Positions 1 to 7,638 are shown, numbered from the stretch's first letter. The stretch: DNA of 24,000 nt from Desulfobulbaceae bacterium (GCA_011391865.1 JAABPV010000003.1:14726-38725), one strand, 5' to 3'. The notes: generated by a model from the sequence alone, not told the origin. Program-made: numbers and translations.

Positions 1-810
1 CTCGCCGGTCAGACCGGAAGCCAGTCCGGCGGCATCGCCTGCCAGCCAGACCGGGCCGAAGGCGTGGCCCCGGTAGTCGTAATTGATCAGCGCGGCTTGG
101 CAGGCCAGCTCGTCTAACTGAAAGCCGCGTCCTGCCGCCCATTTGAGAAAATTGCGCTTCAAACGGCCTGCGGACATGTCGGCCTGCGGGCTGTAGGCGC
201 CGACCGAAACGCTATCCTTATGCGGAAAAATCCACGCGTAGCCGCAGCCGAAGGCCCGTGCGCTGAGATGCCATTCCATCCGCTCGTAAACTTGTTGCGG
301 CACTTGAAAGTTGATGCCTGTACCGCGTTCCTCGGCAGGCAGGCCGAGACTGCGCCGCACCAAGGAATTCGCCCCGTCTGCGCCGACGAGATGTGAGCAG
401 GTGAAGGTCTTGCTTATGCCGCCGCAGATCGCCGTCACCCGCAGGCCGTCAACTGCTGTCACCTTTGTCTCGGTGATGATCTCCGCTCCGGCCTGCGTCG
501 CCTGCTTGGCCATCCACTGCCCCAGCGTCCGGCGGCTGATGGTGGCGATGATCGGCTCCGCCTCGCGCACCACAGTTTGCTGCAAGGAGGTGAAAACGTG
601 CTGCTCGCGGAAGCGGCCTTCGATCAGCTCTTCCGGCACTAAGCGGATCAGGCCGTCCCACGTGATGCCGCCCGCGCAGACTTTCGGGCCGATCTCCTGC
701 CGCCGCTCCAGCACCAGAACCTTGCGGCCCTGTTCAGCCAAAATTTTGGCGCAGGCCAGCCCGGCTGGCCCGGCCCCAATGATGAGGATGTCTGTGCTGA
801 CAGAGGACAT
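1..810 (-). CDS. NAD(P)/FAD-dependent oxidoreductase, geranylgeranyl-reductase-like (3' end runs off the window)
   Basis: My own minus-strand translation from ATG (revcomp of cat at 808-810): MSSVSTDILIIGAGPAGLACAKILAEQGRKVLVLERRQEIGPKVCAGGIT... This has the GxGxxG dinucleotide-binding motif, and later ...HLVGADGANSLVRR... and ...WLAGDAAGL..., typical of FAD monooxygenase/GG-reductase folds. It is open to position 1 with no stop, which is why it is missing from the ORF track. The listed + ORF 311-817 is its Arg/Ser-rich antisense shadow. Confidence 0.75.
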   Translation of the reverse strand, partial: MSSVSTDILIIGAGPAGLACAKILAEQGRKVLVLERRQEIGPKVCAGGITWDGLIRLVPEELIEGRFREQHVFTSLQQTVVREAEPIIATISRRTLGQWMAKQATQAGAEIITETKVTAVDGLRVTAICGGISKTFTCSHLVGADGANSLVRRSLGLPAEERGTGINFQVPQQVYERMEWHLSARAFGCGYAWIFPHKDSVSVGAYSPQADMSAGRLKRNFLKWAAGRGFQLDELACQAALINYDYRGHAFGPVWLAGDAAGLASGLTGE

Positions 811-951
811 GAAGTGACGAAGAAAGGTTGCAGGAGCACCGCAGAGCGGCGGCGGGCGCAATCGCCCTTAGCCTTTTTACCAGCAAGAGAGGATTTCCGC
901 AACAAGAGGGCGGAAAAATGCGGGCCGGGGCGGATTTTTGCAAAAAAAGAC

Positions 952-980
952 TTGTGTGATTTTTTTTTTTCGGCTAAATA
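952..980 (+). promoter_or_regulatory. Putative sigma70-type promoter for tRNA-Arg
   Basis: TTGTGT (952-957), a 17-bp spacer containing a T10 run, then TAAATA (975-980). It lies 11 nt upstream of the tRNA 5' end. Motif reading only. Confidence 0.3.
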
Positions 981-991
981 GTACGTCCACT

Positions 992-1068
992 GCACCTGTA
1001 GCTCATCTGGATAGAGCATCGGACTACGAATCCGGGGGTGGCAGGTTCGAATCCTGCCAGGTGCGCCA
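992..1068 (+). tRNA. tRNA-Arg (anticodon ACG), 77 nt with encoded CCA
   Basis: Hand-folded cloverleaf. Acceptor stem gcacctg/caggtgc is perfect. D stem gctc/gagc. Anticodon stem tcgga/tccgg with loop cTACGaa. T stem gcagg/cctgc with loop ttcgaat. Discriminator g, then cca. Confidence 0.9.
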
Positions 1069-1077
1069 AGGAAATTC

Positions 1078-1116
1078 AAGGGTTTGCTGTGAAAATCGCA
1101 GCAAACCCTTTTTTCT
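1078..1116 (+). terminator. Rho-independent terminator after tRNA-Arg
   Basis: 12-bp perfect stem aagggtttgctg (1078-1089) / cagcaaaccctt (1099-1110), 9-nt loop, then a T-run to 1115. Confidence 0.8.
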
Positions 1117-1201
1117 TTCCTCTCTTCCCAAGCCCCCATTCTGCCCCCACTTTTTTGCTCATGGGGCAATCTCCGCCCGGCGGCCTTTCACCGCCTTTGA
1201 A

Positions 1202-1717
1202 GCCCTTGGCAGCTATAAATTTGACCTGATTGAATACGGGCTGGATTTCGTCTTCTTTCACTGCACGGAAGACAACCGGCATATCCGGCTGCGGGTCTTC
1301 GGCATCCTTCAAGACCATCTCACCGGCCTGCGGATTGATGCCTTGATTGTCGAAAAAAGCAGAATCAGCGCGGAGCAGCAGGCACCCGAAGCATTTTATC
1401 CGCAGATGCTGGGGCATCTGCTGCGGCATGTGGCCGGACAGAACGAGCTGGAAGGCATCGGGGAGCTGATCGTCATCACTGACAGCATCCCCGTGAACAG
1501 GAAACGGGCTGCTGTTGAAAAGGCGGTGAAAATCACCCTGAAAAACATGCTGCCACCCGGCTGCCGTTTCCGTGTGCTGCATCATCCCTCCATGTCAAGC
1601 CTTGGCCTGCAAGCGGCGGACTACTGCTGCTGGGCTGTGTTCAGAAAATGGGAGAGCGGGGACGGCCAGTTTTTTGACCTGATCAAGGCGGGCGTGAAAA
1701 GCGAGCTGGCGATATAA
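1202..1717 (+). pseudogene. DUF3800-like protein, apparently 5'-truncated (5' coordinate approximate)
   Basis: C-terminal ...SLGLQAADYCCWAVFRKWESGDGQFF... resembles the conserved QxAD motif region of DUF3800. There is no N-terminal DESG-type motif. The first in-frame ATG is at about 1405. The long ORF 938-1717 runs back through the tRNA and its terminator, so its 5' part cannot be coding. Confidence 0.4.
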
Positions 1718-1747
1718 AAAAGGGGCAGCCTCCTGATGAGCTGCCCC
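1716..1747 (-). terminator. Hairpin with a T-tract on the minus strand (possible terminator for the 2014-3795 gene, or bidirectional)
   Basis: Stem ggggcagc (1722-1729) / gctgcccc (1740-1747) with a 10-nt loop. The A6 run at 1716-1721 reads as a T-tract after the hairpin on the minus strand. Confidence 0.45.
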
Positions 1748-2013
1748 GTTCGACCCCCCCGACTACCTTTGCAGGAGAAACCCTTGGTTTCTTGTCATCA
1801 GGGAGGAACCTTTTCTGCTTTCAGGATACCCGGCCCGGCAGAGGATGTAAAGAGTTTTCCGTTGAACCGTTGCTGTGCCCTGCCTGTTCATGCGCTGAAC
1901 GGGCAGGCAAAGACGTTTTACCTTGGAATTGGCTTCATTACATCGCCGATTGAGCCGATGACCTTAATGCTGAGTCTGGCGCGGTCAGCATGGGGTTTGC
2001 TGAATTCGTATAT

Positions 2014-3795
2014 TCACAATAATTCTGGTGGAATGACGCGGACTCGCACGCCGTTTTCTATAACAGAAACCTCTTCTATATTTTCTACTTCTTCGTTAGA
2101 AACAATATCTTTTGATAAATTTTTCTTAAATAGGCTTATTGTATCCTGACTTTCTTTTTGTACAAACTTACAATTTATTCTTTCTCCATTATTTAGAATG
2201 ACATCATATCCTAACACAATCTTATTTTCTACAGGAAAAATAGAGTTTTGATTGACCGCGCGTAATTTATATAAATCTTCCATTTTATATAGTTCATTTA
2301 TGATTTTGATTTTATCAGCAGGAATATTCATGCGTAGATTATCTCCAAAAAGATAAAAGCATCCATTGTTAAACTTAACAATTTCATTGCATGGTATTAT
2401 CCTTCCGTCATTCAAATGAATATCATATCCAAGTATATGTGAATCCTTTTGCTTATTTTCTATAGATTTTTCTTGCGCCTCTGCATAACCTCTTGCTGTA
2501 AGTTCTTTGCTTTGAATTAGAGATGCGCTTTTATTTTCAATGTCAAACGAATTATATGGGTCATTATCAGCTTTATTGATCAATACAATTAAAAATGTAG
2601 TTAAAATAACAACAAAAATACTGGCACTTGCCCTTGCAACTCCCCATTCTTTGTGATCAACAATGGATTTAGTTGATGTATCCCAGAGGGTCGTGCCGGT
2701 TTTTGTAAGTTTTCTATATGCAAACAGGCGTGTAAAAGAAGATAGAAAAGGTATTCCAAAACATTCGCCTTGAATATAGACTAAAAATGCTCTTTTGAAT
2801 GCAACCGGATATGAAAGTTTTTCTTCTTCAATATCTAAAACGCTTATGCCGAATATCCATTTGGCTGGAGTTGTTCCTATGCCTGCTATAAAAGCAGCTT
2901 CCATAGGTATCCATAAAATAGAGAGCATTACTCCAGCTATGATTGGATTACTTATAGCATTGACAAATGATTCTACATTAGAAGGAAAGAATAGTCCGAC
3001 GAAAAACGAAATAATAAAAATAGAAAATATACCAAACATTAAAACATCAGTTGTTCTTGCAAATAAACGTCGCCAAGGGTGATGTATGCCACCAAAAAAT
3101 GTTTTGCTTTGGTCGATTTCATTTGTTTTTCTATCAACGGAGATTTTATTACTCCGAATTTCTTTGGTCTCGCTCAAGAGAACCTTTGGAGGATTTTTTG
3201 ATTCGGCACGATAATATCCTTTGTTGAATTTACTTAATTGTTCCTCTATCTGCTCGTACTTTTTAGCAAGATGCTTCAGTTCCACATCATCGATCATCTT
3301 TAGATTTTTCCCTGTTTTCCTTAGATACCTTCGCACGGAATTGATGATATTTTCTTCATGTACACCATAGAATGCATCTCCTATTCCAGATAATGGAATA
3401 CTCAGAAAAACGAGTGTTCCAAGAATAGCAGGCCCCCATTCACGAGAGAAAACGGCAATAATAGCAAAAATAGAAGAACCTATTGAAGCATATGTCAACG
3501 CAGAAGCAAATTCTGAACGTGCAAAAAATGTAGCTAATTCAAGCGGCGGCAAAAAGATTGACGCATTGACCCGAAAGAACGTCTTATCTTCTTCATCAGC
3601 GAAAAAGTCTGGATTCTTAATAAGAATAGCATTTGCTAAATTTTGGTTGCGAGAATAGATCATCTGACAGTACGCTCTGATCATCGCGGCCACGACAGGC
3701 AGATACCACCACCACAGATTTTCTGTGTCCGTCGTAAAAAACAATACGGTGAACACGATTCCAGCAAAGAGCAAACTCCCTATTAGCGTGATCAT
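2014..3795 (-). CDS. AT-rich multi-pass membrane protein with a central RDD-like domain and two C-terminal repeats
   Basis: 593-aa ORF with an ATG start. RDD-family-like signature: HPWRRLFARTTDVLMFG ... TPAKWIFGISVLD ... TLWDTSTKSIV. Several hydrophobic helices. The C-terminus has two copies of an LGYD(I/V)xLN(D/N)G..I.C module. Composition is strongly AT-rich compared with its neighbours. Confidence 0.7.
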   Translation of the reverse strand: MITLIGSLLFAGIVFTVLFFTTDTENLWWWYLPVVAAMIRAYCQMIYSRNQNLANAILIKNPDFFADEEDKTFFRVNASIFLPPLELATFFARSEFASALTYASIGSSIFAIIAVFSREWGPAILGTLVFLSIPLSGIGDAFYGVHEENIINSVRRYLRKTGKNLKMIDDVELKHLAKKYEQIEEQLSKFNKGYYRAESKNPPKVLLSETKEIRSNKISVDRKTNEIDQSKTFFGGIHHPWRRLFARTTDVLMFGIFSIFIISFFVGLFFPSNVESFVNAISNPIIAGVMLSILWIPMEAAFIAGIGTTPAKWIFGISVLDIEEEKLSYPVAFKRAFLVYIQGECFGIPFLSSFTRLFAYRKLTKTGTTLWDTSTKSIVDHKEWGVARASASIFVVILTTFLIVLINKADNDPYNSFDIENKSASLIQSKELTARGYAEAQEKSIENKQKDSHILGYDIHLNDGRIIPCNEIVKFNNGCFYLFGDNLRMNIPADKIKIINELYKMEDLYKLRAVNQNSIFPVENKIVLGYDVILNNGERINCKFVQKESQDTISLFKKNLSKDIVSNEEVENIEEVSVIENGVRVRVIPPELL

Positions 3796-3822
3796 GACGT
3801 GTAATTATCCTATATTGCTCAA

Positions 3823-3893
3823 TTCGAATCCTGATAGGTGCGCCAAGGAAATTCAGGGAGTTGCTGCGAGTTTCGCGGTAACTCCCTTTTTTA
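3823..3893 (+). repeat. Direct repeat of the tRNA-Arg 3' end (T-loop to CCA) plus downstream terminator; attR-like tRNA remnant
   Basis: 3823-3855 ttcgaatcctgATaggtgcgccaaggaaattca matches 1046-1078 ttcgaatcctgCCaggtgcgccaaggaaattca (31/33). It is followed by a diverged but still foldable hairpin, gggagttgctgcg/cgcggtaactccc (3856-3886), and a T-run at 3887-3892. Confidence 0.8.
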
Positions 3894-3947
3894 TTTCGGC
3901 AGCCTTCAAGATGCAGTGACAGGCAGTTTAATTCTGAGCCGTATTGT

Positions 3948-3986
3948 GAATTTAACCCAAGTTGTAACCTGTAACAAATTGGGTTG
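3948..3986. repeat. Left inverted repeat plus a local hairpin (pairs with 4603-4619)
   Basis: aatttaacccaagttgt (3949-3965) equals the reverse complement of acaacttgggttgaatt (4603-4619) at 16/17 positions. A third inverted copy, acaaattgggtt (3974-3985), forms a 12-bp, 1-mismatch hairpin with 3954-3965. Confidence 0.6.
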
Positions 3987-4110
3987 TCACTACGTTTTTA
4001 GGACTGCTCTGTTTTGAACTCTTGCAGGAATTGCAGCCAGGCGGAACGCTGCGTCATGCGCTGCGGAACCGCTTTGTTCCGGCTGAAAACCCGCCGCAGC
4101 CGCCGGAAAA

Positions 4111-4383
4111 CGCGTTTGCATCGCCCTGATTCCAATTGGAACCGGGGCGTTTTCGATTGGAACCGGGCCAAAGTCAATTGGAATCGCCCTGATTCCAGTT
4201 GAAATTGACACGATTCCTGTTGGAATCAGCCCGGTTCCAATTGAAATCGCCCTGATTCCAATTGAAATTGCCCTGATTCCGATTGGAATTACCCCGATTC
4301 CAATCGGAAACGTTCCAATTCCAATTGACTTTGCCCTGATTCCAATCGACATTGACACGATTCCAATTGGAATCAGGGCAAAA
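4111..4383. repeat. Tandem array 1: 12 clear units plus 1 degenerate unit of 21 bp, consensus CCAATTGGAATCGCCCTGATT
   Basis: Units stay in constant phase from 4132, for example 4237 ccaattgaaatcgccctgatt, 4258 ccaattgaaattgccctgatt and 4174 tcaattggaatcgccctgatt. Across unit junctions the sequence forms the 16-bp palindrome GATTCCAATTGGAATC, which is perfect at 4359-4374, separated by 5-bp GCCCT spacers. Confidence 0.9.
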
Positions 4384-4600
4384 CAAGCGTGCTCCGCCGC
4401 AATTGAAACGAGCATCCTTCCGGCGCAGGCGGCGAAAAAACAGAATAATTCAGCAGAGCTGCTGTGAACGCGCAGAGACAGCCTTGCCTGCGGGAAAAGC
4501 GGATGCTTCAGGCTGGGCTGAACAAAAAAACTTCTGCATAAGGTTTATGCTCCTCTTTCCGCCCGGCATACGCAAGAAACTTTTCCGTGAACAGCAGAGG

Positions 4601-4624
4601 TCACAACTTGGGTTGAATTTAAGG
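4601..4624. repeat. Right inverted repeat (partner of 3949-3965)
   Basis: tcacaacttgggttgaatttaagg. See the left-repeat entry. Confidence 0.6.
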
Positions 4625-4661
4625 AACTGAAGCAGGTCTCGCAGCAATCGCCGGGAATGCG

Positions 4662-4702
4662 CAAGGGGAGTGCAAAGCATTTTGCCCCCCCCTTGTGTTT
4701 TT
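4662..4702 (+). terminator. Strong hairpin with a T-tract on the plus strand, abutting the stop codon of the convergent 4702-5349 gene
   Basis: Outer stem caagggg (4662-4668) / ccccttg (4689-4695), inner stem gcaaa/tttgc, followed by tgttttt (4696-4702). The minus-strand reading has no T-tract. Confidence 0.45.
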
Positions 4703-5349
4703 CACGCTGAAGCGTTATTTATCGCATCAGATCTCTGCGGCTCGCTGCTTCGGGTGTTGTCGAGCGTGGAATCTGTGGCCGCGCTCAGATCAAACGCCTG
4801 CCGGATCTTGCGTCCTATCTTGTCAACGACTGCGCTGCCGCCGCCAATCACGCCGCCAGTGACTATGACATCCACCAGCGCGAAAACAGTCTTCTGCGCT
4901 CCCTCCAGCACGGACTCATCCACCAGCCCGCTCAGGGCACGCACGCCAACCAAGCTGATCATCACGCCAAAGGCGAAGCTCAGGCAGTGCGCTTGGCGGG
5001 CGGTGTCCAGCCGGTACGCATCCAGCCGCTCCTGCTCTTCGGCAAGTCTGCGCAGGCTGACGACATCATCCCCGCCTTTCGCCTGAAGCCGTTTGATTTG
5101 CTCTTCTATCTGCTGCCGCCCCGGTGTTCTGCCCGAGATTAAAACCACCTCGACCGAGCGTTCGGCAAAGACGGCGACCACGAACAGCGACGTGATGATG
5201 CTCGTCAGCGCACCGTCCATGATTGAAAGGTCTTTGAAGGTCAGGGCGGAAAATTGCCCCCAATGCAGCACTGCGGCGATGCCGCCGCAGACAAGCAGCA
5301 GCGCGCCAATGTTGCGCCGGTTCTCCCGGACGACTTGCAAATCAATCAT
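4702..5349 (-). CDS. Hypothetical membrane protein with a central charged/coiled segment
   Basis: 215-aa ORF with an ATG preceded by AGGAGG (revcomp of cctcct at 5356-5361). Hydrophobic helices (IGALLLVCGGIAAVL, ITSLFVVAVFA, LSFAFGVMISLVGV, VIVTGGVIGGG) surround QQIEEQIKRLQAKGGDDVVSLRRLAEEQERLDAYRLD. I do not recognise a family. Confidence 0.65.
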   Translation of the reverse strand: MIDLQVVRENRRNIGALLLVCGGIAAVLHWGQFSALTFKDLSIMDGALTSIITSLFVVAVFAERSVEVVLISGRTPGRQQIEEQIKRLQAKGGDDVVSLRRLAEEQERLDAYRLDTARQAHCLSFAFGVMISLVGVRALSGLVDESVLEGAQKTVFALVDVIVTGGVIGGGSAVVDKIGRKIRQAFDLSAATDSTLDNTRSSEPQRSDAINNASA

Positions 5350-5439
5350 GATTGCTCCTCCTTTGAGCGGATTGACAGAACGGCCATGCGCTGAATGCGC
5401 GCCGAAGCAGCTTGATGCGGACTGTCAGCAAAGCTGGCA

Positions 5440-6474
5440 TCACCACTCAATGCCAAGCATCACGGAATTGATGCCGGAGCCGATGCCAAGCAGGGCAGCG
5501 CGTTGGCCATGCTTGAGCTTGCCCCGCTCAACGCCCATAGCCATGGTGATGGGCGCGGAAACGGAGCCGACATTGCCCAGCACGTCCAAGGTCTCGAAAT
5601 TGCGGGCCGGATCCAGCTCCAAAGCGGAGAAGAGCCTGCGGGCGTGCGCCTGCCCGACCTGATGGCAAAAGAAACGGCTGACGCTTTCCCGCGTCCAGCC
5701 GGTTTCGCTCAAAAAATCCTGCCAGCAGAGAGCGGCGGTCTCCACGCCTTTTTCCAGTAGCAGCTCGGAGTCGGTAGACATCAGAGTTTCCTGCTCACAG
5801 TTCTGGCCGCCTTGGCAGAGATCGTTGTGCTTGGTGTTGGCGCGGCAAGAGCCGCCGATCAGTCTGCGGCCCGTGTCCCGCGCCTTGCGGTCGCCCATGA
5901 CCAGCGCGACGGCACCGGAGCCGATGGTCAAAGATGCGAACGCAGGCTTGACCGTCTTGCGGGTCAGGGTTTCGTCCGCGAGCAGCTGCCGCACGGTGGA
6001 GTGGACCAAATCCTCGGCGGTCTCGCAGGAGACAATCAGGCCGTATTTCACTTGGCCCAGCTCAATCATGTTGGCCAGCAGCACCATGCCGTTCAGAAAG
6101 CCGAGGCAGGCGTTGGAGAGGTCGAAGATCTGGCAGCGGTCGGGCAGGCCGAGGCTGCGGTGAACAAAAGAGGCTGTGGCTGGCTCCATCATGTCCCGGC
6201 TCACGGCGGTGAAGACGAGAAAATCAATGTCCGCAGGCGTGAGGCCGGAGGCGGTGAGGGCTTTCCGACCAGCAAGGGCCGCGCCTTGGCTGGGCTTGAA
6301 GCCTTCGTCCCAGAAACGGCGGCTGCGGATACCGCTCATCAGCTCAAGTCGGCCTTCCGGCAGCTTGAGGCGTTCATAGACCGGAGCAAGCTGCTGCTCC
6401 AAATCGGCGGAGGTGACAACGTTGGGCGGCAGCTCGTAGCCGAAACTGTGCAGACAGACGCGGGAGTATTTCAT
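5440..6474 (-). CDS. 3-oxoacyl-ACP synthase III (FabH/KAS III)-like condensing enzyme
   Basis: MKYSRVCLHSFGYELPPNVVTS... with the Cys-His-Asn triad contexts DLSNACLGF, FFCHQVGQ and LGNVGSVS. I prefer the ATG at 6474 (344 aa) over the 392-aa extension to 6618, which would overlap the S4 gene. Confidence 0.85.
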   Translation of the reverse strand: MKYSRVCLHSFGYELPPNVVTSADLEQQLAPVYERLKLPEGRLELMSGIRSRRFWDEGFKPSQGAALAGRKALTASGLTPADIDFLVFTAVSRDMMEPATASFVHRSLGLPDRCQIFDLSNACLGFLNGMVLLANMIELGQVKYGLIVSCETAEDLVHSTVRQLLADETLTRKTVKPAFASLTIGSGAVALVMGDRKARDTGRRLIGGSCRANTKHNDLCQGGQNCEQETLMSTDSELLLEKGVETAALCWQDFLSETGWTRESVSRFFCHQVGQAHARRLFSALELDPARNFETLDVLGNVGSVSAPITMAMGVERGKLKHGQRAALLGIGSGINSVMLGIEW

Positions 6475-6562
6475 CAGAGTGCTTTTGGTGGCTGCATGGA
6501 AGAGTTCAAGTTCATCTTTCTGTACAACAAACAGCCGCGCCAAGCAATGAAAAAAAGCGTGT

Positions 6563-6784
6563 TCAGCCCGCCTCAGCCCGCACCTGCCGTCCGCCGTAGT
6601 CCACCACGTCTCCGGCAATGATTTTGCGCCGCTTTCGGGTCTCCACCTCGCCGTTGACCCGCACCAGCCCTTGGCTGATCAGCAGTTTGGCCTCGCCGCC
6701 GCTGGCCGCCATGTCCTCCCGTTTCAGCAGGGCGCACAGCTCAATAAAACCGCCCTTGACTGCCGCAACGCTTTCTTCGTTCAT
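6563..6784 (-). CDS. Small S4-domain RNA-binding protein (YbcJ-like)
   Basis: MNEESVAAVKGGFIELCALLKREDMAASGGEAKLLISQGLVRVNGEVETRKRRKIIAGDVV is typical of stand-alone S4-domain proteins. The track start at 6787 is GTG. The adjacent ATG at 6784 has better spacing from GAGG. Confidence 0.75.
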   Translation of the reverse strand: MNEESVAAVKGGFIELCALLKREDMAASGGEAKLLISQGLVRVNGEVETRKRRKIIAGDVVDYGGRQVRAEAG

Positions 6785-6811
6785 CACGCCTCGTGTGTTG
6801 TTTGCTGTGGT

Positions 6812-7453
6812 TTACCTGCCAACCCAGATGTGCAGCAGGATGATGTCTGCGAAAATGCCGCTGATCAGCGCGGCGGTTACGCAGACAAGTGTTCGGAGCA
6901 GCCTGTTCCAGCGTGGATGGCTGATGCCGAGGCTTTGCAGCATGGACCAAAAGCCGTGGCTGATGTGCAAAGCTAATGCCGCGATGCCGACAGCATAGAG
7001 CGAAGCCAGCAGCGGATCGGTCAATGCCCGGCTGATCCGCTCCACCACCGGCACGGCTGAATCAGCGAAACGCACTGTGGCGAGATGGAGCATGAGAAAG
7101 GCAAGATTAGCCGCGCCGGTGAAAGGCATGGCGCGTGAGACCCAAGTCTGGCCGCCAGCGGACGCGCTGACCGCGTATCCGCGCCCTTTTGCCCGGCGGC
7201 TGCGCAGGAAGAGGCTGGCACCGGTCGCAATATGGACAAGAAACACCATCAGCAGCAGGATGCCTGCTGTCGGCAGGAACAGACCGAGCGAGTGCAGCCA
7301 CTGGGCGTAGGTGGAGAAGGCTTCCCGGTGCTGAAAGATCAGGCTGTTGCCTGCGGCGTGAAAAACAAGGAAGCCGCCCAGCAGCAGGCCGGTCAAAGCC
7401 ATGATGTATTTTCTGCCCAGCGTCGAGGCGCAGAACTGGAGAAAGCGGGACAT
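6812..7453 (-). CDS. Succinate dehydrogenase/fumarate reductase cytochrome b subunit family (b558-type, SdhC-like)
   Basis: MSRFLQFCASTLGRKYIMALTGLLLGGFLVFHAAGN... has five hydrophobic helices carrying conserved-looking His residues (FHAAGN, LVHIATG, LMLHLATV, ALHISHGFWS). Start chosen at ATG 7453. The track ORF extends to 7519. Confidence 0.6.
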   Translation of the reverse strand: MSRFLQFCASTLGRKYIMALTGLLLGGFLVFHAAGNSLIFQHREAFSTYAQWLHSLGLFLPTAGILLLMVFLVHIATGASLFLRSRRAKGRGYAVSASAGGQTWVSRAMPFTGAANLAFLMLHLATVRFADSAVPVVERISRALTDPLLASLYAVGIAALALHISHGFWSMLQSLGISHPRWNRLLRTLVCVTAALISGIFADIILLHIWVGR

Positions 7454-7565
7454 GCTGCTCTTGGCGGAGTTTTTGAGGGGAGCCGGAAACATTGTAACCA
7501 AGATGCGGCAGTTCCGCAATCGCGGCCTTGCCTTCCGTCCTGAATGTCCACGGCTGTTTTTTGTC

Positions 7566-7594
7566 TTGCCAGACTGCGGAGGACTCTATATAAA
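7566..7594 (+). promoter_or_regulatory. Putative sigma70 promoter of Cys-rich paralog 1
   Basis: TTGCCA (7566-7571), a 17-bp spacer, then TATAAA (7589-7594). The same TCTTGCCAGAC...TATATAA arrangement recurs upstream of paralog 2. Confidence 0.4.
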
Positions 7595-7638
7595 ATAAGC
7601 ATCCGCCTTTGTCCAAGCGCACAAACAAGAGGGGTGCT

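Larger units (their letters stand above)
1069..3855. mobile_element. Decayed integrated island at the 3' end of tRNA-Arg (no integrase present)
   Basis: Bounded by the intact tRNA 3' end (1046-1078) and a 31/33-identical direct copy (3823-3855). The composition is mosaic: a GC-rich DUF3800-like fragment, then a visibly AT-rich block at about 2000-3820. Confidence 0.55.

Noticed and set aside
311-817. 168-aa + strand ORF at the window start
   Set aside because: Its Arg/Ser/Pro-rich sequence is the antisense shadow of a clear minus-strand FAD-oxidoreductase gene carrying a GxGxxG motif.
938-1201. The 5' part of ORF 938-1717, and ORF 1038-1229
   Set aside because: They run through the tRNA-Arg gene and its terminator. 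Only the 3' DUF3800-like part is plausibly (pseudo)coding.
3725-3919. 64-aa + ORF spanning the duplicated tRNA fragment
   Set aside because: It consists of the antisense of the RDD gene start plus the tRNA remnant and terminator. It is not coding.
3990-4415. ORFs reading through array 1 on both strands: 141 aa with PIGIRAIS heptads, 70 aa with NWNQG heptads, and the + ORF 4014-4202
   Set aside because: A 21-bp stop-free repeat is open in several frames at once, so ORF length carries no information here. There is no RBS, the composition is that of the repeat, and the unit is a DNA palindrome, which points to function at the nucleic-acid level. A real heptad-repeat protein cannot be fully excluded without expression data.
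5440-6618. N-terminal extensions proposed by the longest-ORF track: FabH-like to 6618, livM from 10266, livG from 18475, paralog 1 from 7609, SdhC-like to 7519
   Set aside because: The extensions overlap upstream genes or terminators, lack family-typical sequence, and have internal ATGs with better RBS context. Shorter starts were adopted.
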